Positions 25,721 to 38,804 of a stretch of DNA of 64,000 nt are shown piece by piece (position 1 is the stretch's first letter; every line of letters starts with the position of its first letter). The DNA lies in contig CM052818.1 of assembly GCA_028534125.1 (NCBI GenBank), forward strand, positions 24,864,001 through 24,928,000. Reading direction: 5' to 3'. The stretch is from Lama glama. Its lineage: Eukaryota. The position numbers were made by a program, and so were the translations under genes. The notes under the pieces were generated by a model that worked only from the letters and a program-made list of their open reading frames with translations, searched no databases and was not told the origin of the DNA.

Positions 25721-28700
25721 CAGAGAGGCCCATGTGTAGCCCAAGGCCTTACAAACGGCAGGCAGCATTTTACAGTACATACTAACAGAGAAGAAAAATA
25801 AGACAGCAAAGTATCTTATTTTATAGCCAGCCAATTTGTTTTCCTCTTGTGGACCCTACATGAAGACATAGTCTAATAGGTTTTAGAACAATCAGAAATC
25901 TTGCTTTGAAGGATGGCAAAGAATGGGTTGTATAAAAGGGGAAATACACTCGATAACCACGCTCCCAGCATGCAACAAGGTGCCTTGAGCGTCTTCACGC
26001 ATCTGTGGTCGTCCTGCAGCAAGAAATTCTGGTCAAAGGACACGGCCCGGGGGAAATTCAAATGCTGCAGTGTAAAAGGTTCTCGGGAGGTACAGCTATT
26101 TGCATTCAAAGGAAATCATTTTTGAAGCCTGCCTTTCAGAATTCCAATTAGAGATGTGAAACATATCAGCACGTAAATGGGAAAGCTTGAAATTGAGGTG
26201 TAGAACCATATTGCGTTACTAACCTAATACTGTTTGAGCCATCAAATGAATGTTCCATAGTACTTAATCCATAACACATTGCAAGTTATATCTGAGTTAG
26301 TCTGGGTTAATAGTCCTTTTAATTATTCTAATGAGATTTCCTTTCTTGCCAAGCTAGATTCTCATTCCATTTAGCCTATTACACTACTGTCTATTTTTTT
26401 TTTTATGGGTTCCCTAAAATTGGTGCTAAGGGAGTCAGTTCTGTCCAGGCAAGAGGAGAGTTTGTCTTTATGACTCTGAATTCATACATTTATTCTGCAG
26501 AGATTCATGAGTATCTCTCGGGGTCCAAGGCTAAGCCCTGGAGACAAAACCCAAATACACAGTTTACACCTTGCAAGAGTCTATGATGCAGTTAGGGGTG
26601 AGCAGGTGATTAGCAGGCAGAGTGTGACTGGGTGGGAAAAGGGTTCAAACTGTGTAGTGTACTCAAGGCTGCTTCTAGGATTGTTGTGTTGAAGCTGAGA
26701 CTCAGGGAAAGGTCAGCTTGACCAAAGAACGGTATGGGAGGTGTCCCCAGGGCAGAGGAAACAGCCTGAGCAGAGACCCGGAGGCAGTGACCGGGTGGCA
26801 TTTGCACCCCAGATGCACTGGCCTCCACTGGGCCAGTTAACTTGACCCTGTGGCCTCCTGAGTCTCTAGGACCCCAGGTCCCTCTCCGTCCTTGGCTCAG
26901 GTAGCCTTTGGGCTCAGATAACCTTTGGAGCCAGGTTCCTTAGCTCAGGTGACTGAGGTTTATTCTTGCGGTACATCTCTGTCATTCTCAGATTAAAGTT
27001 TCAAATGGGAAATCTTCGAGAGGCAAATGTACCCCTCCCCCTCAAAAAAAAGTTAATAATGTACTTTTCACGTTACTGAGGGTGGATTCAAAGAATGATA
27101 TGAGGGGAACTGCACAGCCAGTGAAAACTTAATTCGGAAGAAATCTATCTTAATAACTGTGTTGAATTACTTTCATTCTGGATTTATGAAATCATGTGGG
27201 GCTTGAAAGGGTGAATTTTTAACTTGTATTTTACTGCATTTTACTAGAATAAGCTTCGCAGAAGCAAGAACCTTGGTCTGTTTTGCTTCACTGATATTTC
27301 CTAAGTGCCTAGAATACTTCTTGGCACATTAGCAGGAATTCAATAAATATTGAAAGATACACTGACTTCTATGGAGAAATTACATTCTATGTAAGTTTCC
27401 TACATCCTGGACTTTTAATGGTCAAGGGTCCATGGTGCTGCAGAGGAGGAGTGGGCAGGGTTCCCTTGGAGTGAGTGGCAATGGTTCTAACATTGCAGAT
27501 AAACCAAGGAAGACACTGTTAAAAGGAAGGGCCCGTGGGGCGTATGGACATGTAATCAAGGTTTTGGGTAAAGCACCCCCCCTTTTTTTTTGTAAATGTT
27601 GTCTATATGTAGCAAGTGGACATGATCCTTCTGTTGCCGATAGATGCAACCATCCCCCTTTCTCTGCTCATATCTAGCTATCTGCCTGCTCTAACACTTC
27701 GTCTACAATCCCAGGTGTTCTGTAAATCCATTTACTTCCTACTCAAAGCCCTTTCTTGTAGTGCTGGGCGGAGTTTGCCCTCAGTTATTACTGGGGACAC
27801 ACACACAGCTGTGCCAATGTCCTTGGCCCTTCCAAGGGTCAGACTGGCTACCAATGAGAAGCCCATCCTCCCAAGGCTTGGCCCTTCCCAGCCCTGATTC
27901 TGCTGCTCTGAAACCATGGTTGGGAGTGCCAGGGCCCCTGTATCTCTGGATACCCCACAGCCACCCTCACTGTGGACCCAGCCAATCACAGGGCTGCCAT
28001 CCTTTTCTCTTTCCAGGCTCCGGGATGCTCCTGAGCACTTCTCATTCACAAAGTCAGTCCTCTGGACCCACTGCATCCTCACTTCAAAGAGCTCAGCTAC
28101 CTCTGCTTTCTGCCCTGCAAAAATTCCCCAAGGCAAAAAAAAAAAAAAAAGTCTGGCTACAGGCAGGCAACCAGAGGTGGGACTGAGAGAACATAGGAAG
28201 CACAACTGTCTCCATTACTCCTGCCCCACGCAGTGCTGTGCAGCCATTTCCATCCCTCTCCATTCACAAGCCAATTAAGAAAACACCCCAAAGAGAAGCC
28301 TAAGGACTGGAGACCAAATGCCTGACTTCGACAACATTCACTCACACTCTGTGACAGTAAACAGAGAGCAAGGGACCTTGCTCTGAGCTCACGTTGGCTG
28401 GAAGTCAGGGAGGCTCTCGCCAGCACACGTTTGAATCCGAAGTGAACTCCCCTAGCTTTTGGCAAATCTTTCTGGTGTGTGAACCCTTCAACCTTCTGTC
28501 ACTCCCAGGCTGTCTTCCACTCACACCTCAAAGCCCCAGGAAGCTGCTCAGAAACTTCAAAAGTCACTCACTCAGACGCCGCTTTGGTGGTTGGAATATA
28601 AATGTTCAAGAGTCTTGACATCTTCTGCAGGGATCTTTAAATAAAAACATCAAAGAAATAGCTCTTCTGCTTTGGAAATTTCCCACGTAAGTAATACATG

Positions 28701-29265
28701 AAAATAATTGCCCCTTTCTATATGTCTCTGATCTCCTCCAGAGGGATGGGTTTATTAAACAGGCCTGAGAGATTGCTGGGGAATACACCCACGGGCCGCG
28801 GTGAGAGCTTGTGTGGTCACCAAGATCATCCCACCTCCTCCAAAAGGCTCCTGTGACAATATGTGGACACTGTCACCTGGAAATCAGGCTTGATTTCTGG
28901 GTGGGGGGTAGGCAGATTATCATGACCCTTTTTTGAGTACCCAATCTGTTTTTATAATGAAGGGAAGAAAAAAAAAAGCATCTTTTATAGAATTAAAATC
29001 TGAAACGGTGTTGTACTCCTGGTGTGGCAACTTTCCCAAGTTTACAAAGCATCTTTCTCACACATACGTAGAAGCCAGGATAATGCATGAGTTAGAAGGC
29101 AAAGCTCAGAAGTTAGCTAGTGCCCATCCATCCATTTAAGGATAAGGAAACACCATGGAAGGGTTTTAATGTTGTCCTATACCCACACATAGAAAAAAAA
29201 TGAGCAAATGTTCTGCATCCGCTCCTCAGCTTCATTATCAGGAAAATGGAGTAAGAGTTCCTACC

Positions 29266-30111
29266 TGTGAGGTCGGGCCCCTCAGGATGGCTGCTGTCGG
29301 CAGCCTTAAGTGAGTAGGCCGCGGGGCCCAGGCCGAAGTTCACAATACCTTGCACCTGGTGAGAGGTAAATGTACGCATGCGCTAGTAGCGTGACTACGC
29401 ATTATGAACAATACGCATGCGCCAGTAGCGTGGGTCCGCATTATAAACACTACGCATGCGCCACTGGTATTATAAAAGGGCAAGTGCATACACCTGAACG
29501 CCGCCCACCACGCACGCCACCCGCTTGTAATGCAATGAAGTGCTGTTTTGCTCCGTGTGGGCTCCTCGCGCATTATGCCCGCTCCTCACACCTTCCAGTT
29601 GGGCAGCTCACCTCCTGGAAACGCTCTTCAGCATCCCTCAGCTGACAGCGGTTCTCTTTGTGCATCCCCTGCTTGACCAGCCCCTGCTTCCCAGACACCC
29701 TGCTCACATGAATGCATTCACCCTCTGCCCCGCCCAGTGATGTTTCTAATCCTTAGGCCAGAACAGCTTCATCTACCAGTTTATTAAAGGGCAGCATTTT
29801 CCCTCATGATCCTCGGTAACCTGAGGGGCTGTGAGGGACGTGCCTCGTGCCTCGTGCCTCAGCTGCTGGTTTCCCTGGTAACTGATGAGCCAACCTGGTG
29901 TCAGTTCCCCCTATAGATGGTAGCCTCCTTCTCCCTGGGTAGTGAAGGCTGTTGCCATGTCCTGCCCGCCATCTGTTGCACATACTGGGGTGTTGCTCCA
30001 GGACCTTGCTTCCGATGTGTAAAATCCCCTGTCCAATAAACCACTGACGTCTCTCTCCGGCCTCTTGCTTCGGTCTCAAGGCTGGGCAGCTACAAGGCTT
30101 GTAGCCCAGCA
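29266..30111 (+). mobile_element. Solo ERV LTR (846 bp) inserted in a MIR
   Basis: TG...CA termini, flanks CTACC/CTACT, TATAAAA at 29471 and AATAAA at 30035-30040. The MIR core is split: cctcagcttcattatcaggaaaatgg on the left, tacctcatagaacttttaagaggattaaat on the right. Confidence 0.8.
29373..29480 (+). repeat. 39-bp tandem repeat (two full units and one partial) in LTR U3
   Basis: Units start TACGCATGCGC at 29373, 29412 and 29451. Confidence 0.9.
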
Positions 30112-30742
30112 CTACTACCTCATAGAACTTTTAAGAGGATTAAATAAAATTATACCTGGAAAAAAACAGTTACTGGCAAATTTGTAAGTGCTAAATAAAT
30201 GTTAGCTACTAAGGAGATGACCGCAGCTCTGGCCCAGTCCAGTGGCTCCCATCCCAGCTCTACAGCAGAATTATCTGAGATGTTTGTTGTTTTTTTTTCC
30301 AAAAATACTCAAACCCAGACCCAGCTGCAGACATTCTGAATTAATTGGTCTGGGGTGGGGTCCAGTTTAGGTACAGCTAAAGAATTAACCAGGTGATTCT
30401 GGTGTGCAGCCAAGGTTGAAACCCACTGGCTTAGGAGGTCCAAGGATAAGGCCAGAGACCAGGAATCTATCACTGGCTAAATACCAGGCAGATGGTAAAC
30501 AGAGAAGAAAACTCAAAATACTACAATAAGGTTTTTAAAAGAAGTTTGAAAAACGACATCTCTTATCAATTAGCAAGTGTGTGGTTGCTACAAAAGATAA
30601 GAGTGACCGCCCTAACTGAAATGAAGCAGTCCATACGGCCTGATGAGAGTCTTAGAGTCTTCGCCTGTCCTAAGGGCTAGGGAGATGTAGCGCCAGGGCT
30701 GAAAGATGGGAAAACACGCCCAGATTAACAAGGGGGCAGTCA

Positions 30743-30748
30743 TTTAAT
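30743..30748 (-). terminator. Possible TMEM178A poly(A) signal (ATTAAA)
   Basis: tttaat on + reads ATTAAA on -, about 730 nt after the stop codon. Motif only. Confidence 0.3.
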
Positions 30749-31477
30749 GCAGAAATCCAGTTAACATAAAGAGACAGGCTGAACGACAGATAGGACTTCA
30801 AACAATACTGCATAGTGTTACAGATTCGCTCTTCCACGGTTGATTGGGTTTTCTTATGATTTTTGATTCTAGTACAAGGACGGGGAAGAGACTTCAATTA
30901 AAAATAAATACATAAGGCAGCAACAGAAGAATCTCCCTGTGACAAGGAACATCCACAAGTAATGCACAAGTATTTGGTGCTGACACAACAAGACACCATT
31001 AGGACAAGTTCTGAAGGTGCTGTGTTAAAATTGAACAGGCATGGTACGATGACAAGAAAATTACACTCGCTTTGTTAGGAGTCCTTTTGCCAATAGAAAC
31101 GACTCTCGGGGAATTGTTATATACAAACTTTCTGAAATAAACGGCAATCATACAAATGTTTCCACTGCAGTTTCCTTTTTTTCTTTAAAACCCAGAAATG
31201 TTACATAGCACTGCTCCCCATGCCTCAGAGTCAAAGCATAAAGAGTCATTAAAGCACTTGAACACTTGAATCCACAGTCGTCTTGTCCTTAGAAAGGTAT
31301 GGAGGTTTTGCATGATTTGATATCAGTCATCCAGAAGGGGCTGGCAGGCAACAGGCTGGAATGTAAAAGACCGTTTTGTTTTGTGCTTGGGGTCCTGACT
31401 CGAACTCCGGTCTGACCCCTTTAAGAGTCATCTGCACTGTAGACTGGCCACCAAGCTATGAACTTGAGTGAGGACAG

Positions 31478-31807
<330 letters not shown>

Positions 31808-32510
31808 TCAACGGACGAGATGATCAGTCCAGACACTGCAAAACCTTTACAGCCCAGACTGAATGCGAGGTTCCAGAGATGCAGGAGTGAAAGAGACAGA
31901 GGGGAAAATTCTGATAACTTGAATTATTCAGAATTATTGACTAAATGGTATGTATATTGGAATTGTGGTTTTTTTATTCTTAAAAATGACTTGGTAAAAA
32001 TTTTAATTATTTTTAAGGGGAAAAAATCTTCTATAATCACTGAAACCTATTACAAATGATTTTCATTTCCCTTTGTTCTACACCTGAGTTGACACCGTTT
32101 TAGACAGTTGCAGTCATCATACAAAGTCTGCTTTCTTTTTCAATAACCATTATCATTAGTATTTATCATGTTGCCCATGACAAATGTCTGAAATGAATTT
32201 TTACAAGTTTTTTAAGGCACAGCACCTGGCACATTCTAGGGCCTCAAAAATCTTTTTTTAAATAAATGAATAAAAGATTTTAAATAATATAAATTAAAGC
32301 CAGGAAGTTGGAATTGATGTAAAATAGCTGACATCATACATTTCAAGATCATATAATTCATCCATTCAGAATGTAGGTAATTTGGGTGGCATAAGGAAAA
32401 GGGACAGACCCCAAATTTTACTTTTTTATACCAACACATTATGTATAATCATCCTTTCAGAACACTAAAATCAGCATTCTGATTTAAAAAAAATGCTTCA
32501 AAAGCCCAAA

Positions 32511-32855
32511 ATGGGAAAAAAAAAAAAAAGGACACTATGAACTTATCTACGAAACAGAAACAGACTCGCAGACTTAGTAAACAGTCCTATAGTTACCAGG
32601 GAAAGGGGGTGGGAGGGGATAAATTTGGGAGTTTGAGATTTACAAATGTTAGCCACTATATATAAAAATAATTTTTAAAAAGTTTCTTTTGTATAGCACA
32701 AGGAACTATGTTCAATATCTTGTAATAACCTTTAATGGAAAAAAATGAAAATGAATATATGTATGTATAGGCATGACTGGGACACTGTGCTGTGCACCAG
32801 AGATGGACACATTGTAACTGACTGTACTTCAGTTAAAAAAACAAAAACAAAAAAC
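32511..32855 (+). mobile_element. L1 3'UTR fragment (lineage-specific type)
   Basis: gaacttatctacgaaacagaaacagactc...tgtatagcacaaggaac...gacacattgtaactgactgtacttcag followed by an A-rich tail. Confidence 0.85.
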
Positions 32856-35331
32856 GCAGGATTTTTAGTACTCAAGGATGTAGATGTTTCTATTTCACCC
32901 TCAGTGGGCATGTGATCACAATGAAGCAGTTGCTGAGCTGAAGATGTGTGATAAATATAAAAACCAGCACCCAGTCAAGTATTGGAACGTCCAGTTCTGC
33001 CCCGAGTCCTACACATCTCTTTTTCATACTTTGGTTTATCCTCATGTACAATGGAGGTTACATCTATTGGCTGGAAAATTGCTTTGGTAACCTTAGGGAT
33101 CTAAGCAGCATCTCCATAGGAAACAGAAACATAGATTTGGGGACTGAAAAGACAGGCCTCGAAGTAACAGACTCCCCTACCCCTTTTTCATAGAGCTTTG
33201 GGGATCATAAACACTAGCAGAAAAACAAACTCAGAACAGGCAGCAACTGGGAGGAAATAAAGATGACCTCAATGCTATTTTTTAAGTGCTAGAATTCTGC
33301 CTACACTCAAATCATATAAGGGCACACTGCCTGAATCTTTTTCCAAATGTGCATTTAGAAAAGAAATGTTTTAAATGAAAGGACACTTGATCTGAGGCAA
33401 TTTGATACTTCCTAACTCTATGCCTAATGCTATTTTAAACTCTAAAGTGATTCTGTTTTTCTAAAGAGGATAAAACATTGTCTCCTGTCTTCTTGCTTTA
33501 TTATTAGATTATTCTTGGATTATTACAGTAAACATAACATTTTTTGAGTTCTCCAAAGAAAGATCATGATGGAAAGAATTATTTCATAAAGGAATGGTCC
33601 AGTCAAAAAAGGAATACTCCTGTGCTTTTTTCAAATTTTGTGAAGAGCAAACGTTCTTACATCTACATGAATATTTTCACTGGCACCAAAACACAGACAG
33701 CATTTATATATAAATGAGGTCCTTCTAATGAGTGCTGGTAACAGAACAACAAGCCAGTTAGAAAAAACTGATCTCTGGAGCATTAACAGGTAAAAGAATA
33801 TCGGAACAATGACTTGTTCACAGGAAAAACAACTCTATTCTACATTTAACTGCCTGCACACGGCTGAATACCTAAAAGCAAGGCTTTTTACAAATAACGA
33901 GGTTTTAATGACCTCTGAAATTTTGAGTTCAAACTAAGACTTTTAAGCATCCTTTGATGTCCAAATGCATTGGGCTGGGATGCAGGGAATACATATTCTG
34001 GTCCCCAGATCTATTACTAATCACTGTGTGACCTTGAAGTTACCCAACCTCTCTGAACCTCATCTAGGGAAAAAAACGGGGGACTTGGTTCCTGAAGTCC
34101 CTTGCAGTGTCAAATTTCTGTGACTCTGTTACCCAAAATATGGCAAGAATAGAGCAAGAACATTTCCCAAAATAGGAGTGAATCTAGTACTCAATATTAT
34201 GGAGCTAATAGCAAAATTGAATGTCATGGATTTTTCTTTCTGCACAAACTCCTTTTGATTTTATCCTCAACATTTATTCTTTTAGCACCTCTCCCCTGCC
34301 CACTCCATAAAACTGCTTTTGGTGAAATGAATGTTAACATAACAATCCCAGTTCATACTGAATAGAAAAAGATTAAGAAAAAACTTAACCTGAGAATTTA
34401 ACCTCAGGATGACCTTCTCTGCCCTCAGTGTCCTGAGTAGCTGTGCTTTCCCAGAGCACTTGGTTTGTGCTGATGTCACGGACACTGTGAATGACGTCAC
34501 TAACAAAATGTCTTTCTTTGACCGAGATGCCAGAGAGCTGAAACTCCCCTAAAGCTACATTAGTGGCCCACCAGGGACACAAACAGGGGACTTCATGGCA
34601 TGCTTTTTGGCTACTAATCTCACCTTTGGCTCCATCTTGCCTTGCAAACCTGATTGCTCCTTTGTCTTATTTATATTACTTATTTGTATTTATTTTATCT
34701 TGAAATAATATATACAGCTCTGTGTGGCTTAAGTTCTTTTTGGAATAAGGCATTGTCAAATCTTGATGAAAACCTGCTTTATTTCCTGCTGCCTTTACTC
34801 TCTCAGGAGAGGGAGGAGGTGGTGGAGGAGGTACTATGAGCTGGAAATATGCCCTCTGTCTGCCCCGCCCCCTTCCCACAAAAGCCTCCAGAGGCTGGTC
34901 TTCAGTGACATGTTTTCTCCCTGCAAGATACTCTTGAAGTGGCTCTGGGGGATAGGAAAGCAAAGATGAACAAAAGAGCATATCTAAGAGTTCCCCCTCT
35001 CCAGACCCTCACATCGTAAGGAGGTCTGCCGACATAGGTGTGACCCCTCTTATTTGTGGGATGGGCAGGACTGTTTCTAATTATTACAAAGAAACGTAAA
35101 AAGAGGAGACAAAGCACCATTTCCAACATATGCAACAAGCTTTTGTAACACAGACCTAACCCATTCAAGATACCTTAAAGAGGGGAAAGAAAAACCCTTC
35201 TAACTTTGAAGGCACTAAGAAAAAGTGTTTTTTAAAGGATGAAAACATCTTAGCTGCAGCTGGGTGAGCAGTCTCAGGGCAGCTCTGACACTGTGGAGCT
35301 CTATTTTGGTTCCATGTGCACAGTCCTCATG

Positions 35332-35723
35332 TCTATTAGTTTGCTCTGGCAGCCGTAACAAAGCAGCCCAGACTGGGTGGTAGAGACAACAGAAGTTCAC
35401 TGTCTCACAGTTCTGGAGGCTGGAAAGCTGAGACCCAGGTCCTGGCGGGGCTGGTTTCCTCCAAGGCCTTTCTCCTTGGCTTACAGACGGTGGTGGTCCT
35501 CTCCCTGTGCCTTCACACGGCCTTCCCTCTGTAACCACCTGCGTCTGAAATTCCTCTTCTTATAAGGACACCAGTCATGCTGGATAAGTCCACCCTAAGG
35601 GCCTCATTTAGACTTAATCACCTCTTTAAAGGCCTTATCTCCAAATACAGTCATATCCCGAGGTACTAGGGGTTAGAATTTCATCACATGAATGCGGAGT
35701 GGGGCACGATTCAGCTGATAGCA
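35332..35723 (-). mobile_element. MaLR MLT1A-like solo LTR with 5-bp TSD
   Basis: tctcacagttctggaggctgg...cttataaggacaccagtca...tatctccaaatacagtca. TSD TCATG at 35327-35331 and 35724-35728. Confidence 0.85.
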
Positions 35724-38574
35724 TCATGGGGAGGAGGAGTCAGTGTATGAAGTATATTTCTATTCCGTTTATAGGCCTAAGCAAGATTTTACTATTTTAA
35801 TGTTAATCAGTTATTCAAGAGTTATTTATCAAGCATCTACTATGTCCCAGACCCAATTGTGACCATCTTAGAGGTAGCTGAGTTTAGTAAGCTCTTGTTG
35901 GTCACAGCCATCATTGGTTTGACGTTGATGTGATCAGGAACCCCAAGTGTTCTTTCCACTCAACTGTGCAGTGTGCATCTCAGCAAAAAGCAGTGGAGAC
36001 CTCCCGGACTTCCTGTAAGTCCCACACAGAGTCTAATAGTGCCGAGGACATGGAGGCAGCAAAACTACTGAACAAAACTGAGTTCTGCGATATGGTGAGT
36101 TCTACACAGCCAAGAACCAGTGCATCCCGTATTGCTTCCTGTAGGATTTACCTGGAAAGCAAATTCTCTCAGATGAAGTTGCATTTTTGTCAGTAGCAAT
36201 CTTACAAAATATGGGGTGAGGGCATGACAACATAAGGCACTAGCCTTGCATTCCAAAAGTTCAAAGTCAAATTAATAGTCCTTCCTGAAAATCCTCCCTT
36301 CTCCTCTTAGGCGTTGCCTGCCCCTTTGCTTCTCCCCTGACCAGCAGGAGCTCCCTAGGGCTGCTACCCCTGATACTCTTCAGCCAGCGTGCTGGCACCA
36401 GGGGAAAGGGTTTCCTAAGTCCCAGACTCAGTCCTGGCTATTGCGGGTAGCATCTTCAAAAGGGTGAATAATTACTGGTTCTACAGAGCTCTGTATGCAG
36501 CTACTTTTCTTATAAAATATTAAAAGGTTTTCTGCCAATATTCTTAATTAGAAGATACCGTGATATCAGAGAATTACGGGACCGGAAGGGATATTTTCGA
36601 ATCAGGACAGAAGTAAATGTATGCTGCCCTCCCAGATCATCAACCTAATTTCCTTCCCTAAAATCTTCACATCTCATCCCATGGCCAGCTGATACGATAT
36701 AATTAGGGTAACTTGGCCCAGTCTTCTGACCGCCCTCCTTTGATATGCTTGAAAGGCAGAAAGGGGTGGAAGTGGCTTCACCCTGGTTAGCCTGCTTGAT
36801 AAATAACGTAGCTGTAATGCCCAAAGGCATAAACATTGATTTTTTTTCCCACTCCTTCAAAAGACGGTCTGCTCATCATTCTGGTCTCTTTGCAATTCCA
36901 GGAAAAAAATGCCTCATGCTACTTTTCACACAGATTTCTCAAAAAGCTATTCCTAAGTTGCCTTCACTAAATGACTGGGCAGGACTAATGAGATAGACAA
37001 ACCTTAAAAAAAAATCGAATACAAAAATCCACACTCTGCAATTCTTAAATTCAAAAAACATCTGCTCTTCTTCTGAAAGATTGCAGCCAACTCGCTGAGT
37101 GGCAAATCCTGACCTGACGTGACATGAGGCTATTTATAGTCCTTATTGATCTCACTCAGTGTGAATATTCATATGTTTTGCTACAGAAATGTTAATGTAT
37201 TTGATTTCAGACCCTGTTCGGGGTGTTAGATAACATGGACTGTATACGCTATATTACCTTTCTAAAATAAATTCCAAGACGCACCTGGCCTCAAGGGTGT
37301 CAGCTACGTCTTTAAGGACCTGTAGTTTTAGGTCATAATCTATGGATAACTTAGATAATTTAATACATCTACAAAGGAGTCTTTTTTTTTTTAATATAAT
37401 ATATTGAAGTAAAACAAAGGATTGCCTAACATGGGTGTTCCCCTTCCCTGAGCTTTGCTGGGACAGCCTGGGCTGGTCTCCTTCTCTGCTGCCCCGAAGG
37501 CCCTGCCCCATCAGCCGTGGTCACTCAGGGCACAGCCTGTGAAGAGGGATGGCAGTCCCCAAAAAGGGAGGACCAAGCTTTTTCCAATTTTTGAGACTCT
37601 TAGTATATTGAAAGATAATTTAAACCCTACAAGGGAGACATAAAAATTGGATTTAAAAATGTTTGCATTGAATAAATGAACCCTTTAACATATTTATGTT
37701 TATAACCTATAATAAGCCATCATGATCACCATGGCAATCTCATAGAAGGCGTCACTTAAAGTTGATGGACATACGCACTCGCAGGGCCTGAAAGCAGTGT
37801 AGCCTGGAAATGGGCAGCCCCTTCCCGCTAGGTGATGAGTCTTATTCCCTCAGTCCTCTGTGGAAGCCTCTGTGATGCTGGGGGTGTAACCTCACAGGAC
37901 ACGAAGTCAAAGGGCTACATCTGGGGCCCTTGAGGGATGTCCTCTGGCTGAAAGACTCCTGAGAGGCCCCAGGGACTAGGACTGAGAACTGACTGCTCCG
38001 CGGGAGGGTAACCAAGGGCTGTCTGTGCGCAGTAAGGCAGAAGGAGAGAGTGTTTTCCACTGAACATCTCAAACTGTCACATCACTGATGATCTTCATTG
38101 AAGGTCTGGCTAATAAATTCAGGTAGAGAATGAAGATGCCGGCGCATTAGAAGAGGCTAAGTTTAGCCTCAGAAATCTGTGGGAGTGACGCCGACGAGGG
38201 CTGATGAAGACACTTGTGCTTAATTAAAATACATTCTTTTAACCCTGATTTGCTCTCACCTCCCGCTGCTACACAGGAAGGTCCTACTGCTAATTTATCT
38301 CAGTCCGTGGATTAACATGGTTATCTCAGTGTTTACAAAGGGAAGGGGAAAGGAAAGGGGTTATTTGTAGTAGCAGAAATGAAACAAACCTCCCTAAATC
38401 CCACAGGAAGGGGCCACAACACAGCAAATCCACTCCATGGAAGAACACGCAGCGACTAAAAGCTATTAAAAACCAAACACAGAACAACACAGGGACATGG
38501 GGAATGCTTGTGGTTACGATGCTAAATGGAAGCCCAGAAAACGACATACTTTCCATGTGATGATGGCTGCAAAC

Positions 38575-38755
38575 ATTTTTTCCTTTTCTTTTTTTTTAAA
38601 TTGAACTACAGTTGATTTACAATGTTTCAGGTGTACAGCAAAATAATTCAGTTACATACATATATTCTTTTTCAGATTCTTTTCCATTATAAGTTACTAC
38701 AAGATACTGAATACAGTTCCCTGTGCTATATAGTAGCTCCTTGTTGATTTCATTT
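38575..38755 (-). mobile_element. L1 3' end fragment
   Basis: T-tract then cagttgatttacaatgtttcaggtgtacagc...aatacagttccctgtgctata. Confidence 0.8.
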
Positions 38756-38781
38756 CTTTTGTTGGCTTTTTTTGTTTTGTT

Positions 38782-38804
38782 TGTGTGTGTGTGTGTGTGT
38801 GTGT
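38782..38804. repeat. (TG)n microsatellite
   Basis: About ten TG units read directly. Confidence 0.9.

Noticed and set aside
27500..27900. Possible additional LTR
   Set aside because: No matching termini, TSD or recognisable consensus found.
29373..29480. Regularly spaced repeats superficially like a CRISPR array
   Set aside because: The intervening sequences are themselves similar (tandem units), the context is a mammalian LTR, and there are no cas genes.
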